A stretch of 64,000 nt of DNA from Ptychomitrium polyphyllum (taxonomy: Eukaryota). The stretch is taken from the NCBI GenBank assembly GCA_973851085.1, contig OZ316775.1:12276001-12340000 (forward strand), written 5' to 3'. Made by a program: the position numbers and the translations under genes. Under the pieces are notes generated by a model that did not search any database, was not told where the DNA came from, and worked only from the letters and a program-made list of their open reading frames with translations. Positions 14,901 through 27,207 of this stretch are shown one piece after another (position 1 is the first letter of the stretch; each line of letters opens with the position of its first letter).

Positions 14901-17900
14901 ACCAAACAAGACCATGAGTTTATGTCATATAAATGACCAATTACCACCAAGATACAATTCCATTAGTGTTTGTTAAGGATTTTTTTTTAAAAAATCTTAT
15001 CAACTGCTTCTACTCAATTCACAAATTTTGTACCTTATATTAGATTTTAGAAGTGATCAATAACAAAAATCATAACACTTCTAAAGTTAATTAAAATAAT
15101 ACTATTATATAAGTCTGCTTGATAAGTATAAGGTGTTCTTATAATTGGTGTACATATAATCAATAGTAATTGAAAACTTTTAAGTAGAATTTATACAATA
15201 CTTGTGTTTCTTTGCTTTATACAATAAAATATCCTAAACTTCTTTAGTTATAACAATCTTTAAACACCAATTCTTTCACCAATACCTTTGAACTTTTAAT
15301 CATTATTAAAAAAGAAATAGGATTGAAGGTATAAAAGAAGAAGAATGATGACTTCAAAAGATTGTTATAAACAAAACATTTTTGTTTTCCTTGCCCTAAT
15401 CCTATGTCCACAAGACACAAGGTAGAATGTAGTAGTACTTCATTCCTATAGAAAGTTAAACCTTCTACTAGCCTATTCAATACTTTGCATGCTACATAGT
15501 ATGAAATAGAGGCACACTAATCTTTTTGGTAGAGCTACCAAGATATATGTTAAGTATCCAAACTAAGAATTTTCCTTTTGAAAGTCTTCATGCTTCATAG
15601 CAAGCAATTACGAAATTGATGGATTGAGCAACATGCTCAAATCATCATATAGTCTAACAATAGAACAAGGATTGATTATTGTTGACTTATTGTCTATTCA
15701 ACTAAACAATATTCTTCCTTTTAAATACATTTTCATTAATCATTTATGATTTCCATCCATAATCATCCACTTTAACCCTACTAATTTATGTGAACATATT
15801 AGTCATTGTGTTATCTGTTCTGTTTTCAAGCAGTCTTTCAGAAGCTATTTTTTCACTGATGACCTGTAACTTACCCGGTTGATAACAATTTAAGTTGTCC
15901 ATTGTCCTTCTGATTTAATAACTTATTGACAAACAGGTAGGTGCTATCCTTCACATTGGGTGTAACGTTGAACAGTATGTATAAACCAATTGGGCATTTA
16001 TACATACATATGCTGTTGTATTTTTTGGTTGTCTATCCTTTGACTTCCTTGCAAGGGGATTACAGGAGGCTGACTGCACAAACTGACTTGCAGTTAGTAT
16101 GAGACAATAATGTCAATTTTATTTCAACCAATTTACAGTACAGCGTATTTGTTGTTTCATTTCCAATTTGACAGACTATGCCCTTCCTATTGCCCGATAA
16201 ATAATTAAGGCATGAACTGCCTATTTTATGATTTGACACAAAGCATTTGTCTTTTATTGTTATCTACATGAAATAAATTGAATGAAGTTTTACATAAATT
16301 TTGAGAGACTGAACATAAACTTTTTGGAATAGGCAGTATATTTGATCTCTTTGCTTCAAAAACAATAATCAGCTGCTTATTTATACAGCAATGGCTTCAA
16401 ATTGTATCCTTATTATAATTATGTAACTTGGCAAGAGATTTTAGTTGCAGTGTTAATTAACCATGGTTTGGGCCCTCTTGGTGGGCACTAGCTTGTACTC
16501 AACCAAGAAGTCAACTGGAGAGCTTTGTTGCCAAATGATCATTTACTTTTTGAAAGATGTGCTTTTGAAAATTCCAATTTACTAATGAGTTTTGAAGATT
16601 TTATTTACTTGGTTATGTTGATAAAATTAGAAAAAGTTGGCATCCATTTGCAGAAGCTGATCTCCTAGGGTGGTGTGAGTTGAAGTACTGTAATGGCTCC
16701 ATGGACGATGTAACTAGGCAATTACTACAAATTTGGTATAAAGCAATGCGTGGAGAAGGAAGAGGCTGTCAATCAATTTTGGCTTCAACAAGAAGTCAAA
16801 CTACATTTTTCTTTCATGGAGGCACTTACTTGATATTTCCACAGTATTATTCAACAACTCTACTGAACACCATTCTTCAATGTATAGTTTCTTTTTTCAA
16901 AATGCCATTCCTTCAAAGGATGTATCTAAATATAACAAAGTCACTTATTGAAACGTTAACAATTTATAAAAACAAAATGGTGTATGAAATGTGCACAAAA
17001 TTTGGTACTGAAGTTTAGTCTTCTAGTGTATATACATATACTTTTAAAGCCTTGTATGTTTAGATTTATTATTATTTGAAGTGTTTTACTGGAAAGATTA
17101 CTATGTAATAATTCAAAGAGACAATTTAGTAAATTTTATGGCCAATTAATTTTTTTGAATTTTAATAATGATATTTCTATCCATTTGTGATTTAAAAAAT
17201 TCAATTAAAAAATCGTTTTTAATAGCTTCTTTTAAAGGGATACAAAACACTTTTGTAAATGTTTTTTTTGTATATTTGGCCAAAATTAACATGGTTTTTT
17301 TTCCACTATTTTATTTCAAGGTGATCTAAGAAACAAACAATGTTTTTGCACTATGTTTTATATACCATAAATTACACCTAGATGCACCTTAACTAAAAGG
17401 CATCCTATAGCAAATGTGTTTCATTTGAATATGAAGCCTTTCCAAATCCAAATCGTCAATCAAGTGATTGCTAAATATATTTATTGTACTTTATTATTAT
17501 TTTTTTAACATTCCAATAAGAAAGAGACTTGTTTTATATTTTTTAAATATTTTTTTTTCACATCCCCTAACTTTGCAAACTAATAGGTATTTTAGAAGAA
17601 TTTGAAAAATAATTCCAATACACATCTGCAACAAATGAAACTTGATTTGGAATTGTACGATTTATATTTGGATGAAACATTAGTTCAATTTGAATCAATT
17701 AAAGCCTTGGAAAATTTACTTTTAAAAAAAAACTAATTATATTCTATGTAATAATTAGAGAATTTAAGAAGAATTCTTTTTAAAAACTTATTGTAAAACT
17801 TAAGAAATATTTATAGTGTATTTAGCTTATATTATAGAATGGTTCTTATATGTGTTTTAAGCATTTCAAATTATATTTGAAGTTATATGATTTTTATCTT

Positions 17901-20900
17901 TTAAAAAATAAAAAAAAAATCTATATTTATTGTACAACCTATATAATTTTTAATAAGTGATTATTCAAGGATTGGAACTTGAACAAATATATTAAGTTTG
18001 AGAGTTTAATATTTTCTATTGTAAACATGATGAAAGTATTTGTTCTACTTTGTACATATTAGTGCGTTTGACTTTATAGGATTAATAATAATTGACATAG
18101 AAAAAAACATAATACTATTTATGTAAAAAACTTGTATAAAGGCACCAAAAAGTTCTTTGTATTAATGAAATACAGATTAATTTTTCTAATATTTAAATTT
18201 AAATTACTAAAGAATAAATCATGTCATTATTTGAAAGATTTTAGGAATTGTTTTATAGTACAACCACAAAGATGATCCATGGGCTTTTTAAATCTATTAT
18301 TAAATAATAATGGCTAGTGATTCATTTTTTCTTTACACTAACACTAAAAGTAATAATGACCACAACATTTGAAGTTCTTCAAAATTGCTATTTTCAAGTG
18401 AATGGATAATATTTTATAATGTTTTTCTGTTAAGACAAGAACAAGAAGCTGTTTCAATACAATCCATGGGAACCACAGGGTTCAAAATTCCAAAATCAAT
18501 CATTTATTTGTTAATTTATATAATTTTTGGAACGCATTTAAAAAAATTGGTCAACTTTTCTTTTAACCTAAATTTTTTTTTTATTGTATGATAGAAAATG
18601 GTTGAAAACTTCAAAATAAGTTATATTCACTCTTTTTGTAGTGGTTTTTAACCAAGGATTGTGATTGTAGACTTATTACATTTTTTCTTAGTATAAGCTC
18701 TAGCTTGACATTGTAAAGCAACCTTCAATTTGCAATGAAAATCCTTATTTCCCTCACAAATTTTTTAAAAAGTAAAGAAAATCCCCTCATTTTGGATACA
18801 AGAGATATGCATATCATGCCAACAAAACTTAAGAATGTAACAGACTTGATATGACTTTAACTCTATAACAGTGACAAAGCTTTCCAAATGAGAATTTTAA
18901 AATATTATTCAATTAAAGATTATTGCTTTATATTCTACACAAATTCAACATTTATAACATGCTTGTAAAGAGCTTGGCTTGTGTATGCATTCAAACTTTC
19001 TATACAAACATACAAACTCAACATCAATTTCACACAACATATTAGAGTTATCTTGAAAGTATAGAAAAAGTATAGAAAGTATAGAAAAAGTATAGAAAGT
19101 ATAGAAACAAAATACAAGTGTGCATATACAAAACAAGATTTATTATTTTGGAGCTGTCATGTTAAGTATGGATATCATAGTGCCTTGAATCTTGTGTAAA
19201 TAAACCAATTTTGGACCATGGAGTCATATTATGGTCAAGATACACCTATCCAAGACCTGCACTTCCACATGTGGATAACTCTATGCACTTCCACACAAGA
19301 CCTACAACCTTATGGCATCCTTCTGTAATGACACAGCAATATACATTATGACACCTGACATATTAAGAATATTCCAGCTGCACTATTGTACAATGAACAA
19401 ATACAAAGCTCCAAAATGCTCCAAAATTCTTCATAATGTTCAAGCTATGTCAGCTTAAAACAAAAGTCAAAAACCTGAGTCTTCATGGCAATTTGACTAT
19501 AAGTAACATCCTTCCTCACAATTTGTAACAGCATTCATTGAGTTTATAACTGCAGCAGGAATCTGGGTATGAAGCTGTAGACCCCCACCTCAAAATGAAA
19601 TGTGATGCAACTATAAAGAACATGTACTGAGAGCTATTTACTCCCTATAGCTTTGACTTTACAATTGTGTTGAGAAGCTTTTCTTTCCAAAATCCTAGCA
19701 GACACCATTACATTCTTGAGTTCCACTTAATGTCAATTAAACCCTTTACTTCTCTCCTGAAATCTTAGCTCAGAGTGGATCCTAGAGTGAAAGAGAAAAT
19801 AAGGCTTTAACAAGGGTGTCTAGCAACCATACTAAAGAACTTTATGAGTGTCACTTGTTAAGCTTGAGAATATGACGTTATCAGGTAGTAGTTTGCTGGG
19901 AAGGAGTACAATTGGACTCCCAAATGCCTATATGAACAAAAGCATTCATTTCCACCTATCTCATTGCATTCTAATCATAATAATAATAAAAATTCATCAT
20001 AAACATCGTAGATAAAAAACATTGTTCAAAATAATTGTTCATTGAATCATCAAAAACCAATTTAATTTAAGTAAAACCTTTTAAAATCAGTGAATTTAGA
20101 CTTACCCATCTTTCCAAAAGAAACTAGCGTCTACAAAACAGTCCTATCATCAGTTCTCAAAAAATGGGGTGCATATTCATGTCCCTTCAATCCTCCGGTT
20201 TGCCTTGTAATTACTATTCATAAAAAGAGTTATGATTTTTAGAAAGAAAAATATCAAAGTTCAATTACATTTCACTTCCATAAACCACATAAAATAGTTT
20301 TGTTTGACAAAATTATTATGCATTTTGTGTAATAAATAAAAATTAATAAAAAAGTATTGAAAAAAGTGTACAAGAATTCTTCTAACAAGAATTCTAACAA
20401 ACTATACCATGCATTCATCTTAGATGCTACCAAATGATGATAACCAAAACCTTCTCACATGTGCCTATTAAGTTCATCCAAGAAGTAATATGAAATTGAT
20501 TTGAATATGCATTAATTTATGAAGTGTTTAAAATAAAGAGGAAAGTAATAATTACATCATATATATAATTATGTAAAATTGTGCATATTAGACACAATCT
20601 AAGGATAAAAATATAGTTTTTAAATACATACTTTAATCTTTCAACAATAGAAAGCACAATTTCATGCAATCATAGCCCCAAGTCTACCTCACTTGTTAAC
20701 ATAGCATTGGCATTCATTTTATATAAATGTATTTAAGGCCTTCAAAATAAGTGATTAGACCTAAAAACATGGAATTTGATTCTAGATTTTATAAGCAATT
20801 ATTTCATTGTGATTACAATAAAAATCCAAATTTACAACTTGAAGAGATAGATAGATAGATAGATAGATTTGAAATTCCAATATTTTTGAAGTACTTGAAA

Positions 20901-23900
20901 AAAAATTTGCATCAATTAAAAAGTATATTATAAAATTCCACATATTTTATTGTATTTGAAAAATTACAATCTAAATACCATGGTAGATGAAATTTATCTT
21001 TTTTACTTTAATTATTGAATTTAGAAAAATAAATAAACTTTTAAAATGAATTAGGAATTATGCTATGTCACCTTTACCATATGTGTTAAGTAAAATTTAA
21101 TATAGGTCATTTTTGTGGTCTAAATTGAATTTGACCTCAAAATTGCAAAAATAATTTTTTTACTACAGCTTTATCTCCTTTGAAGCTCATGTATACTTTA
21201 GAAGGCTTATGTGATTTGAATTTAGCATAAAGTTATAGCATTCCACCATTCCAAACTATTCATTAGAAAAATATCTTGTGAAAAACTTGAATTATAATTG
21301 AAATTTTATAATGGAAGAATATTTCCTACATATTTATTAAAATATCATCACAAATTGAGCAATAAATATATAAGTATTTATAATAAGTATTGCATAATTG
21401 ATAATGATATCTACATAAGTCAAAGTACATTATTTTCAATAACATGATAACTACTTGTGATGCATGATTGTCCAAATTATATATAAAAGTTTTCTTGCAA
21501 AATTTTGTATTTGTATTTTGTATTTATATCTTTGAAGGCTGCCATGTGGTAAAAGAAAGACCTTTACAGAGAGGGTCAAAGTTCAAGATAACAAATTGGA
21601 AATAAATCAGGAGACTTAATAGACATATCATTTACTTAATAGAGAAGTCATTGGACCTCAACATTAGGAAGGTGTAACAAAGATATATTTTTATGAGCCA
21701 ATTCTTCTAAAAAGACTTCAAAGGGCTTTAAAAGATACATTTGTTGCTAAGTAATACTTTGATAGAAATTGAATTGATTTTAAGGTAGTATTGTTGAAGA
21801 TGTATAATTGCAGTATTTGTAAGACTAGTTTTAAATAAAAATATTTAATAAAAAAAAGATTCATGTAACATATAGCTTGAGATTTATCTTTGAGATCTCT
21901 TTTTTAAATCAACTTTCCAAATAGAAAATAATATATTTTTTCATTTTATAAAATATTTAGATCAAAATTTGTAAGGTCATCATAATAATACATCAAAATT
22001 GTATGAATTGTAACATTGAAATAAACCTCTTTTTATTGCAAGGACTTTTTGGACATGTATTAATTTTCCAATTTTCCAATCTAATTCATGTATTACAAAG
22101 TATTACTCAGCAACAAAAAGTAATTATGATTAAATTAATATTGATTCCTCAATGTTGTTGTGCAACTCTACTCCATCAATCCATTTGCACAAAGTCAAAA
22201 ATGTGGCAAACGTTTATGAATACAAATCATACTTTAAGTGCATGACCTTGCATCATAATAAACAATACTTGAACAATTCTCCAATTCTTCTTAAAACACT
22301 AAACTTTGCTTGAATTAATTTACAATACAACATCTTGCAAAATGTTCTGTTGTATAAGTGAGGCAGGATCATGCTTCTAAATAGTTTAATATAAACGTTG
22401 ACATTCTAAAGAACATTTAATAAATTTCATCCATGGATATAAAAAGCTAGTACAAAAACTTTCTATTCAAGTCACAATGTCTGTGGAAGTTCATGTTGCC
22501 AGCATTTGATCATGGTTACTGGAAGTGCAGAGAAATACAAAGCTTGTACATGTTTTTTCTTTTAAAACTTCTCGTACATTTGTTTCTTTTTCTTAAAATA
22601 AGTTTAAAAACGTAAAAACTTTTGTATTCTCCTACAGTTTATATAACACTGGTTTTGACATGTCATATTAGATTTTGGACTTGGTTCATATAATACTACT
22701 ACATTGAGATGGTGATAAAATGTTAACTGCATAAGTCGAATTTAAAATGTTGTAATTTTTTTGAAATATAGCATAATTTATCCGAGATCCTTTTGCATGA
22801 ATAATAATGATATTTTTGATGTTGGTAAAAAGAATCCTGTGTTAAGAAATCTAGCCTTACGTGATTATGTGGTGTGCTTGTTACCAAATCACTAACCCAA
22901 TTGTATAGTTACAAAGTTTGACAAAATTTCATCTTATGTCAAACTTATATGGCATTGTTGAAACATAAGGAACTTCAAGGCAAGTCATTTGTAAGGATAA
23001 AATGGAGCTAACACCATGGTTGTTATGTTTAAGGGAAGGTATGATGTGCATATGATGTTACTACATGTGACACTAATTTAATATCAATCAAGCAAGTGTC
23101 AAAGAATGCTATAGATTTAGCTTTTGTAAATTTAATATTAACTTAAAATTCATTAATATCATACTATAATTATAAATCTCATGTTACAAAAACTTATAAA
23201 ATCATGTTAAGATGGTGAGAAAAAAACCAAAAAAAGGTTATTAAAGGTTACAAAGGTAGTGATTGCAAAATTCACTCATAGAAGCTAATCCCTTGTAAAT
23301 ATAAGTAGAGGTTTAAAGCAAAGTAATTGTAGTTTTTTAAAAATAAATGATTTTTTTCATTGTTGCCAAATAAACATGTCTACTTAATATAAACAATTTT
23401 TTTTCAAATGATGTAGATGTTGGTCACCAAGTCATAAATTCAATTGGTCGAATGACATATACACAATTTATAAATTTCTCAAAATTCAAATTCTATGAAT
23501 TTTTTTAATAGTTGTAATTAGTACAAAGCAATTTGCAAAACTGCTCGTAAGTCTTTCTAGGCAAAAATCAAAAAAATATACAAACCAAATAGTTACATCC
23601 TTGAAATCTTAGGCAAATTTTCCATTGTTTAAAAGGATATTTTTTGCAACAAGGATTCTATTTTCGTTTTTTTCAAATAAACTAAAAATATATAAACATC
23701 AACACAAATTGCTATTAGCTAACAATTACTAAGAGCTGGCTGTCATAATTTGAGTTTTAATATGGTCATGTGGATTTATAAAATTTATGCTACAATTCTT
23801 TTTTACAACTATAGTTTTGTCTACGGCATCACAGTTAAGAAAATATGAAATCAAAGTAAAGAGGGTTCCAGTTAATAGTCACAAATATAATTTTGCAAGT

Positions 23901-24152
23901 GACATCATATAAATTAAAAGTTGAAATTAGAAATTAAAACTAAAAGGCACCGCAGTCATTGCATGCAACAAAGGGACACGAGACATGGAAAGGAAAGAGC
24001 GGCAATGCGGTCAATGAGTGGGAAAGCCGCCGTGGAAGATGGAAAGCCACAGAGGCGATGAAAAGCAATAAGGGTGATGAAAAGCTGATAGGCAACGATA
24101 TTGACAAGACTCCTCACCGCCCACTCTTTGTTGTCTGCGTCTTCAGACTCAT
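2777..24152 (-). CDS. Putative long multi-exon gene A, unknown protein, model incomplete. Possible C2-like and coiled-coil segments.
   Basis: Islands of higher GC at about 2.8-3.7, 4.7-5.2, 6.5-6.8, 8.2-8.9, 11.3-12.3, 15.8-16.8, 19.3-20.2, 22.5 and 24.1 kb each hold short minus-strand open segments bounded by AG...GT. Four terminal exons join in phase. Candidate first exon MSLKTQTTKSG(R) at 24152-24118 is followed by gtgagg and a GC-rich intron start. Confidence 0.5.
3020..3071 (-). CDS. Gene A internal exon, AVNAVNTGNSGVITPRS
   Basis: Acceptor ttgtgtag, donor gttaag. 52 nt, phase 0 to 1. 91-nt intron to the terminal exon. Confidence 0.55.
3336..3433 (-). CDS. Gene A internal exon, (G)QRGSLVDIICREVIAFIFRSTANKLNLPLMLH
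   Basis: Acceptor ctcacag, donor gtacag. 98 nt, phase 1 to 0. Lies within ORF 3288..3515. Confidence 0.55.
3523..3689 (-). CDS. Gene A internal exon, LMTWHTNSLKHIIEQGFNNEIVAFRGMSLFERGCSEVPQESTMSLDEQKQISDIK
   Basis: Acceptor actctag, donor gttcag. 167 nt. 89-nt intron to the next exon with matching phase. Lies within ORF 3479..3685. Confidence 0.55.
4077..4177. repeat. Perfect 50-bp tandem duplication
   Basis: aaaactagtcaactccaattttgtcattgaatttaagtcaattgatatgc occurs twice head to tail. Confidence 0.95.
5900..6150. mobile_element. Decayed Gypsy LTR-like relic
   Basis: Periodic (g/a)aac(c/t)tt(c/t)-type subrepeats resemble those in the LTRs at 52.6-55.0 kb. No termini identified. Confidence 0.3.
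8376..8475 (-). CDS. Gene A candidate exon, THLITSLRRLLDGSVTNWHRKEEYFNLYGQLRF
   Basis: Acceptor cgcttctcag, donor gtatga. Open, helical-looking peptide. Confidence 0.45.
8712..8779 (-). CDS. Gene A candidate exon, EAMTRAMSQAQETRGIDESGQY(L)
   Basis: Acceptor tttgggcag, donor gtgact. Joins in phase to a segment from 8646 reading IIVVLRASNRRT. Confidence 0.4.
11585..11635 (-). CDS. Gene A candidate exon, QSIAKALIPLCNLSMH(K)
   Basis: Acceptor atctctag, donor gtatgg. Peptide resembles the IG.A.IPL..L strand of C2 domains. Confidence 0.4.
12040..12144 (-). CDS. Gene A candidate exon, LPNQTNNVDNNLLPKEAEVLSALLPYHCKPGSEFL
   Basis: Acceptor gactag, donor gtcagg. 105 nt, symmetric phase 0. Different frame from the listed ORF 11919..12245. 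Confidence 0.45.
19055..19107. repeat. Short tandem repeat of gaaa(aa)gtata units
   Basis: gaaagtatagaaaaagtatagaaagtatagaaaaagtatagaaagtatagaaa. Confidence 0.9.
20845..20868. repeat. (agat)n microsatellite
   Basis: agatagatagatagatagatagat. Confidence 0.9.
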
Positions 24153-26679
24153 ATCCGCTGGCTGCGCAAATAATACCTTAATCTACAAAACAACTGCAAC
24201 CTGTACCTTAATCTTTACTCTATCTGATTTAGTGGTATTGAATCCGAAGGTCAAGCTCCAGTATAATTTTTTGGAAGAGAAATTGGGAAAACGTTATTCT
24301 TTGTGGACTGTAACGTATTGTAAGTGCTCATTGCAATGGGCATGATGTTCATGAGCATCTCTGTGTAGAGAATCTTGAGCATGTAGTATAGGTTAAACAT
24401 CAATTTTCTTTTTGAAAGTTTCTTAATATATTCTATCTAAATGTGATTCAAAGAGTGTCATATGTCATTAGGACAAGCACAAAGATACAATATGCTTGAA
24501 CCTCACTACTTGTATTTTGAAGAATTTGGTAAAAATTTGTTTATTACCACATATTGTCCATTTCGAAGATCAAATGTGGTTTCTACAAAATACTTTGCTA
24601 AACACATATCATAGAAATTCAATAACACATTTGAAGAATTTGGTAAATTTTTTTTTATTAAGGATCTTGTTCTTGGCATGATCCATCAATGTTCAAAAAT
24701 CAACAATGAACATACTTTTTACACAAAATGCTCTAGGTTCCAAATGCTTAATTCCTAAAGCAATTTTTTCTGATGTCAAAACATCATTTTTATTGTCGTG
24801 TTTTAGGACCAAATGGAAGTAAAATATGAAACATCTCAACCCCACAATTTTGTAATCAATTTGTTATGAATGATAAGAATTAAAATTTTTGTGGCTACAT
24901 GGATGGACAATAATATTGTACAAAGCACCAGCTCATGAAATTTTGGTATATGGAATTGAAAACCTTGAAGTGCATTTAAATGCACTACAGGGTGCTTAAA
25001 AGGCGTTGAATTTGTAGTTAACTTTGAAAATGAAGTTTGACTTTAATCGTGACACCAAGTTTAGGGGAAAAAAATTGGCCCATATGGAGTAAATCATTTA
25101 CATGTCATAAAACTTAAACACATCCAAAAGACTAAAAGCATGAGCAGTAAAGTAGCAATATTAAAAAAATGTTATATAGAATATTTATACTCATGCTTCA
25201 ACCTTTGGATTCAATGAAAAAATCAGGTCTTTAATTTCAACAGAACTTTACTTTCTTGTTTTTCATATTGCCTCATGCACAATGATATTATGTTGTTTTA
25301 ATAGAATTTATTATTAAAAAATTAAAAAATTATAATTTTTCATTAGCTTTAGATTTTCAATACGTAAAATACGTAAAATACACAGAACCAATCAACATTT
25401 AAATATATTACAATGCTAAAAAATAATTTGAGCCATTTATATGAGTTTTAAAATTTTCAAAAATCCTCAAAAGGTCATAGTAGAAAGCTGGCGCCATGTA
25501 CTCACCCAATTTGAAAAGTCTTGGTGTTTCAGTATAAAACACATTCTAAAATTTGAATGGTGGAACATTGGAGAAATTCTTTTATTAAACTTCCTTTAAT
25601 AAAAAATTATCAAGCACAAAACTGTTCTTAATATCATTCTAACATTTATAGAATGTTGTTGTATCAGAAAATAGCATTGCAAAGGTAACACATTACCCAT
25701 GCTTTTGAAAGAATATGGTATCTAAAACCAACATTTTTTGTATTAAAATACATTTGATTAATGTGAAAATTTTAGTTAACCTTATTCCAAAATCGAAGAC
25801 AATAATGTGCATTTAAAAAAATAAAAATTTAAACATTATATAAAAAACAAACTTGGGATGAAAGTAAAACAACTCCTTGTAATATAAATTTTCTAAAGTG
25901 ATTCAATTGGAAAATAAAATCCCTTAGATTTTGAAGTAGAAGCACTGTGGATTATTTCTAATTGATTGGTTTTTTAAATACAAATTTTTTGGAGTTAATA
26001 ACTAATAATCAGTCAATGCATTTATTCATGGAAATTATTTGTTTTAAAATACAATAGGACAATAATTCATGGTTCATCTACCTTAGTGTACAATTAACTT
26101 GATACTTGTTTGATGATAATATGTTATGCATAAAAATTTAAGGATTTTGTATGAACAAATTTTAGTCTACTTTGATGCATGATATTTATAACTTAGATGA
26201 TTCAACACCAAGATGAATAGTATTAGAATAGTTCTTCACTTCTTTTCAAGTAGTAAACCTAACTAAATGTAAAATATAAGTTGTTTTAGAAATCCCACAT
26301 TTTATAATGAATTGTATTTAAAATTTCCAAAGTAATCACTTAAAAAAAAAAGAATATTATGCCATGTAAGGTGGATATTTCCAATACTAATATAAATTCA
26401 ATACAAGGTTTGTTTTTTGTGATAGAAAAAAATCAAATGTTTTTCATGTGCATTACTATTCACTTTGGTTCTAAATGGATTGTAGAGAAGTTTCAGTCCG
26501 AAGTGTTTTCAAGAAAATCAGAAACTGAATTATAATATTATGTTTTATTCAGGTCATGAAATGCACAAGAGAAAAAATAAAATATTGACCACTTCACTAA
26601 GTTGACCTACCGCAATGACAAACCATATGAGATTCAAACTGTCGCATGCAACCATAGTAGGTACCAACTTACTACTAAG

Positions 26680-26763
26680 AAGAACATTTTTCTGGACTGG
26701 ATCCTTCTTGGGAGCAAGGAAAAGAACATTTTTCTGGACTTGATCATTCTTGGGAGCAAGGAA
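26680..26763. repeat. 42-bp tandem duplication with 2 mismatches
   Basis: aagaacatttttctggact(g/t)gatc(c/a)ttcttgggagcaaggaa twice, just downstream of the candidate gene B stop. Confidence 0.95.
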
Positions 26764-26807
26764 AAGGACCATAGTATTTATGACTTGTACGGGCATTTCT
26801 CATCATT

Positions 26808-27207
26808 TCAGTGTCCCAATGGATGCCTCCATAATGGTGACCCTTGTCCCTCCAGCCACTCTTCCAACAAAGCCTGCAATCACGCACCTATGGGTGCTTT
26901 GTGAAACTCAAATTCAGGCTCAATCAGTCCCTGCACATAAACTTGTGCTTACAAACACACTTCCAGTATCTAGGCATACAGACCTCTCTTTAACTGTCTG
27001 ACCCATCTTTAAATGAATTCCTGATGGTGGCTGGCCAGTGATTGTAACAAACCTTGAAACGTTTCATAAAAACACTTGCCCTGAAAATTGAAGGCCGCCA
27101 TATCAAGTTGTAAGTACCCAATGCATAGCAGAATATCTCCCATTACAGTTACTGCTTAAAACTGAAAACTGGCATGATGCTGTGGCCTCCCTGTGCTGTT
27201 CTCAAGC
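26808..27207 (-). CDS. Last three exons of putative gene B (27207-27153, 27080-27053, 26873-26808): (G)LRTAQGGHSIMPVFSFKQASVFMKRFKALLEEWLEGQGSPLWRHPLGH*
   Basis: All GT-AG, with phases consistent across both junctions, ending in TGA. An alternative donor gives a different C-terminus, so the model is not unique. Confidence 0.45.

Noticed and set aside
23959..24345. 128-aa plus-strand ORF
   Set aside because: It is antisense to the pyrimidine-rich first intron and first exon of gene A, and shows no recognisable motif.
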